From: Antedon mediterranea
Lineage: Eukaryota; Animalia; Echinodermata
NCBI RefSeq assembly: GCF_964355755.1
Contig: NC_092676.1
Location: 7,417,888-7,481,887 of the forward strand
DNA: 64,000 bases
Reading direction: 5' to 3'
Shown here: in pieces, positions 63,445-64,000 of the stretch
Position numbering within the stretch: position 1 is the stretch's first letter
Layout: each line of letters opens with the position of its first letter
The notes under the pieces: model-generated
Told to the model about the DNA's origin: nothing
The model's database searches: none
What the model saw: only the letters and a program-made list of their open reading frames with translations
Translations under genes and position numbers: made by a program

Positions 63445-64000
63445 GTTGTAACATACAATAGAGAACTTATTAATTATTTTAATTATTAGTTATTTTAATT
63501 ATTTATTTATAATAATTTGAAATTGGCTACAAAATACATTAAATTAAATTAAAAACTCTATATTTATTTTTTTAACATACTGTACATATCATATTGTTTT
63601 CTTCTACAGACGCAAATGGCGGTGTGTTTATTTGAAGCTTTGATATTATAATATTGAATAATTAATGACGTAATAAGGTCAAAAGGTCACTTTTTTTTTT
63701 TATCAAAGAAACATGTAAACATATTTTTTGAAATATGGCAACATTATTTTTTTGAGTTAGCTATTAAATTGGATTAACTAGTAAAGAGAAAAAAATATAT
63801 ATTTTTTTTAATTCGAGTAGATCTATAGTGATTGCAGAACATCCAGTAGGTACAAATTCTACATGAATTAATATCTACAACTTCCATAATATATTTTTTT
63901 TTAAATGGGAGTAACCGGTCATCATGAGGAGCCATAACTGATTAAAAATTGGTAATTTTTTGCACAAATTTGCATTAAATTACCTAAATTCACACGGTTA

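Overview
AT-rich eukaryotic (invertebrate metazoan, plausibly echinoderm-like; inferred, not proven) genomic DNA with spliceosomal introns. Four host genes are visible. (1) The last exon of a KIAA1549/UPF0606-like gene (+, 1161-1655). (2) A complete 12-exon FAD synthase, FLAD1 (-, 39547-32230, 529 aa). (3) A complete 8-exon GATD1/PDDC1 (+, 45324-50100, 220 aa), head-to-head with FLAD1. (4) The first three exons of an SLC49A4/DIRC2-like MFS transporter (+, from 61463). The rest is dense mobile DNA. It includes a decayed Polinton/Maverick whose pPolB appears to be spliced, with a 3.9-kb mini-Polinton (6-bp TSD) nested in one of its introns, and a 5.4-kb Mutator-like element with a 9-bp TSD that splits the FLAD1/GATD1 divergent promoter. 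There are also two TA-microsatellite elements carrying tRNA-like Pol III cassettes, an Academ foldback built from two 3' ends, and Merlin, Penelope (with a minimal hammerhead), CR1/L2, L1/Tx1, Kolobok, Harbinger and IS3EU-like remnants. Many satellites and recurrent TAGGCCTA/TACTGTA footprints occur. Most ORFs in the supplied track are repeat-derived or antisense shadows. All family assignments come from motif recognition, not database searches.
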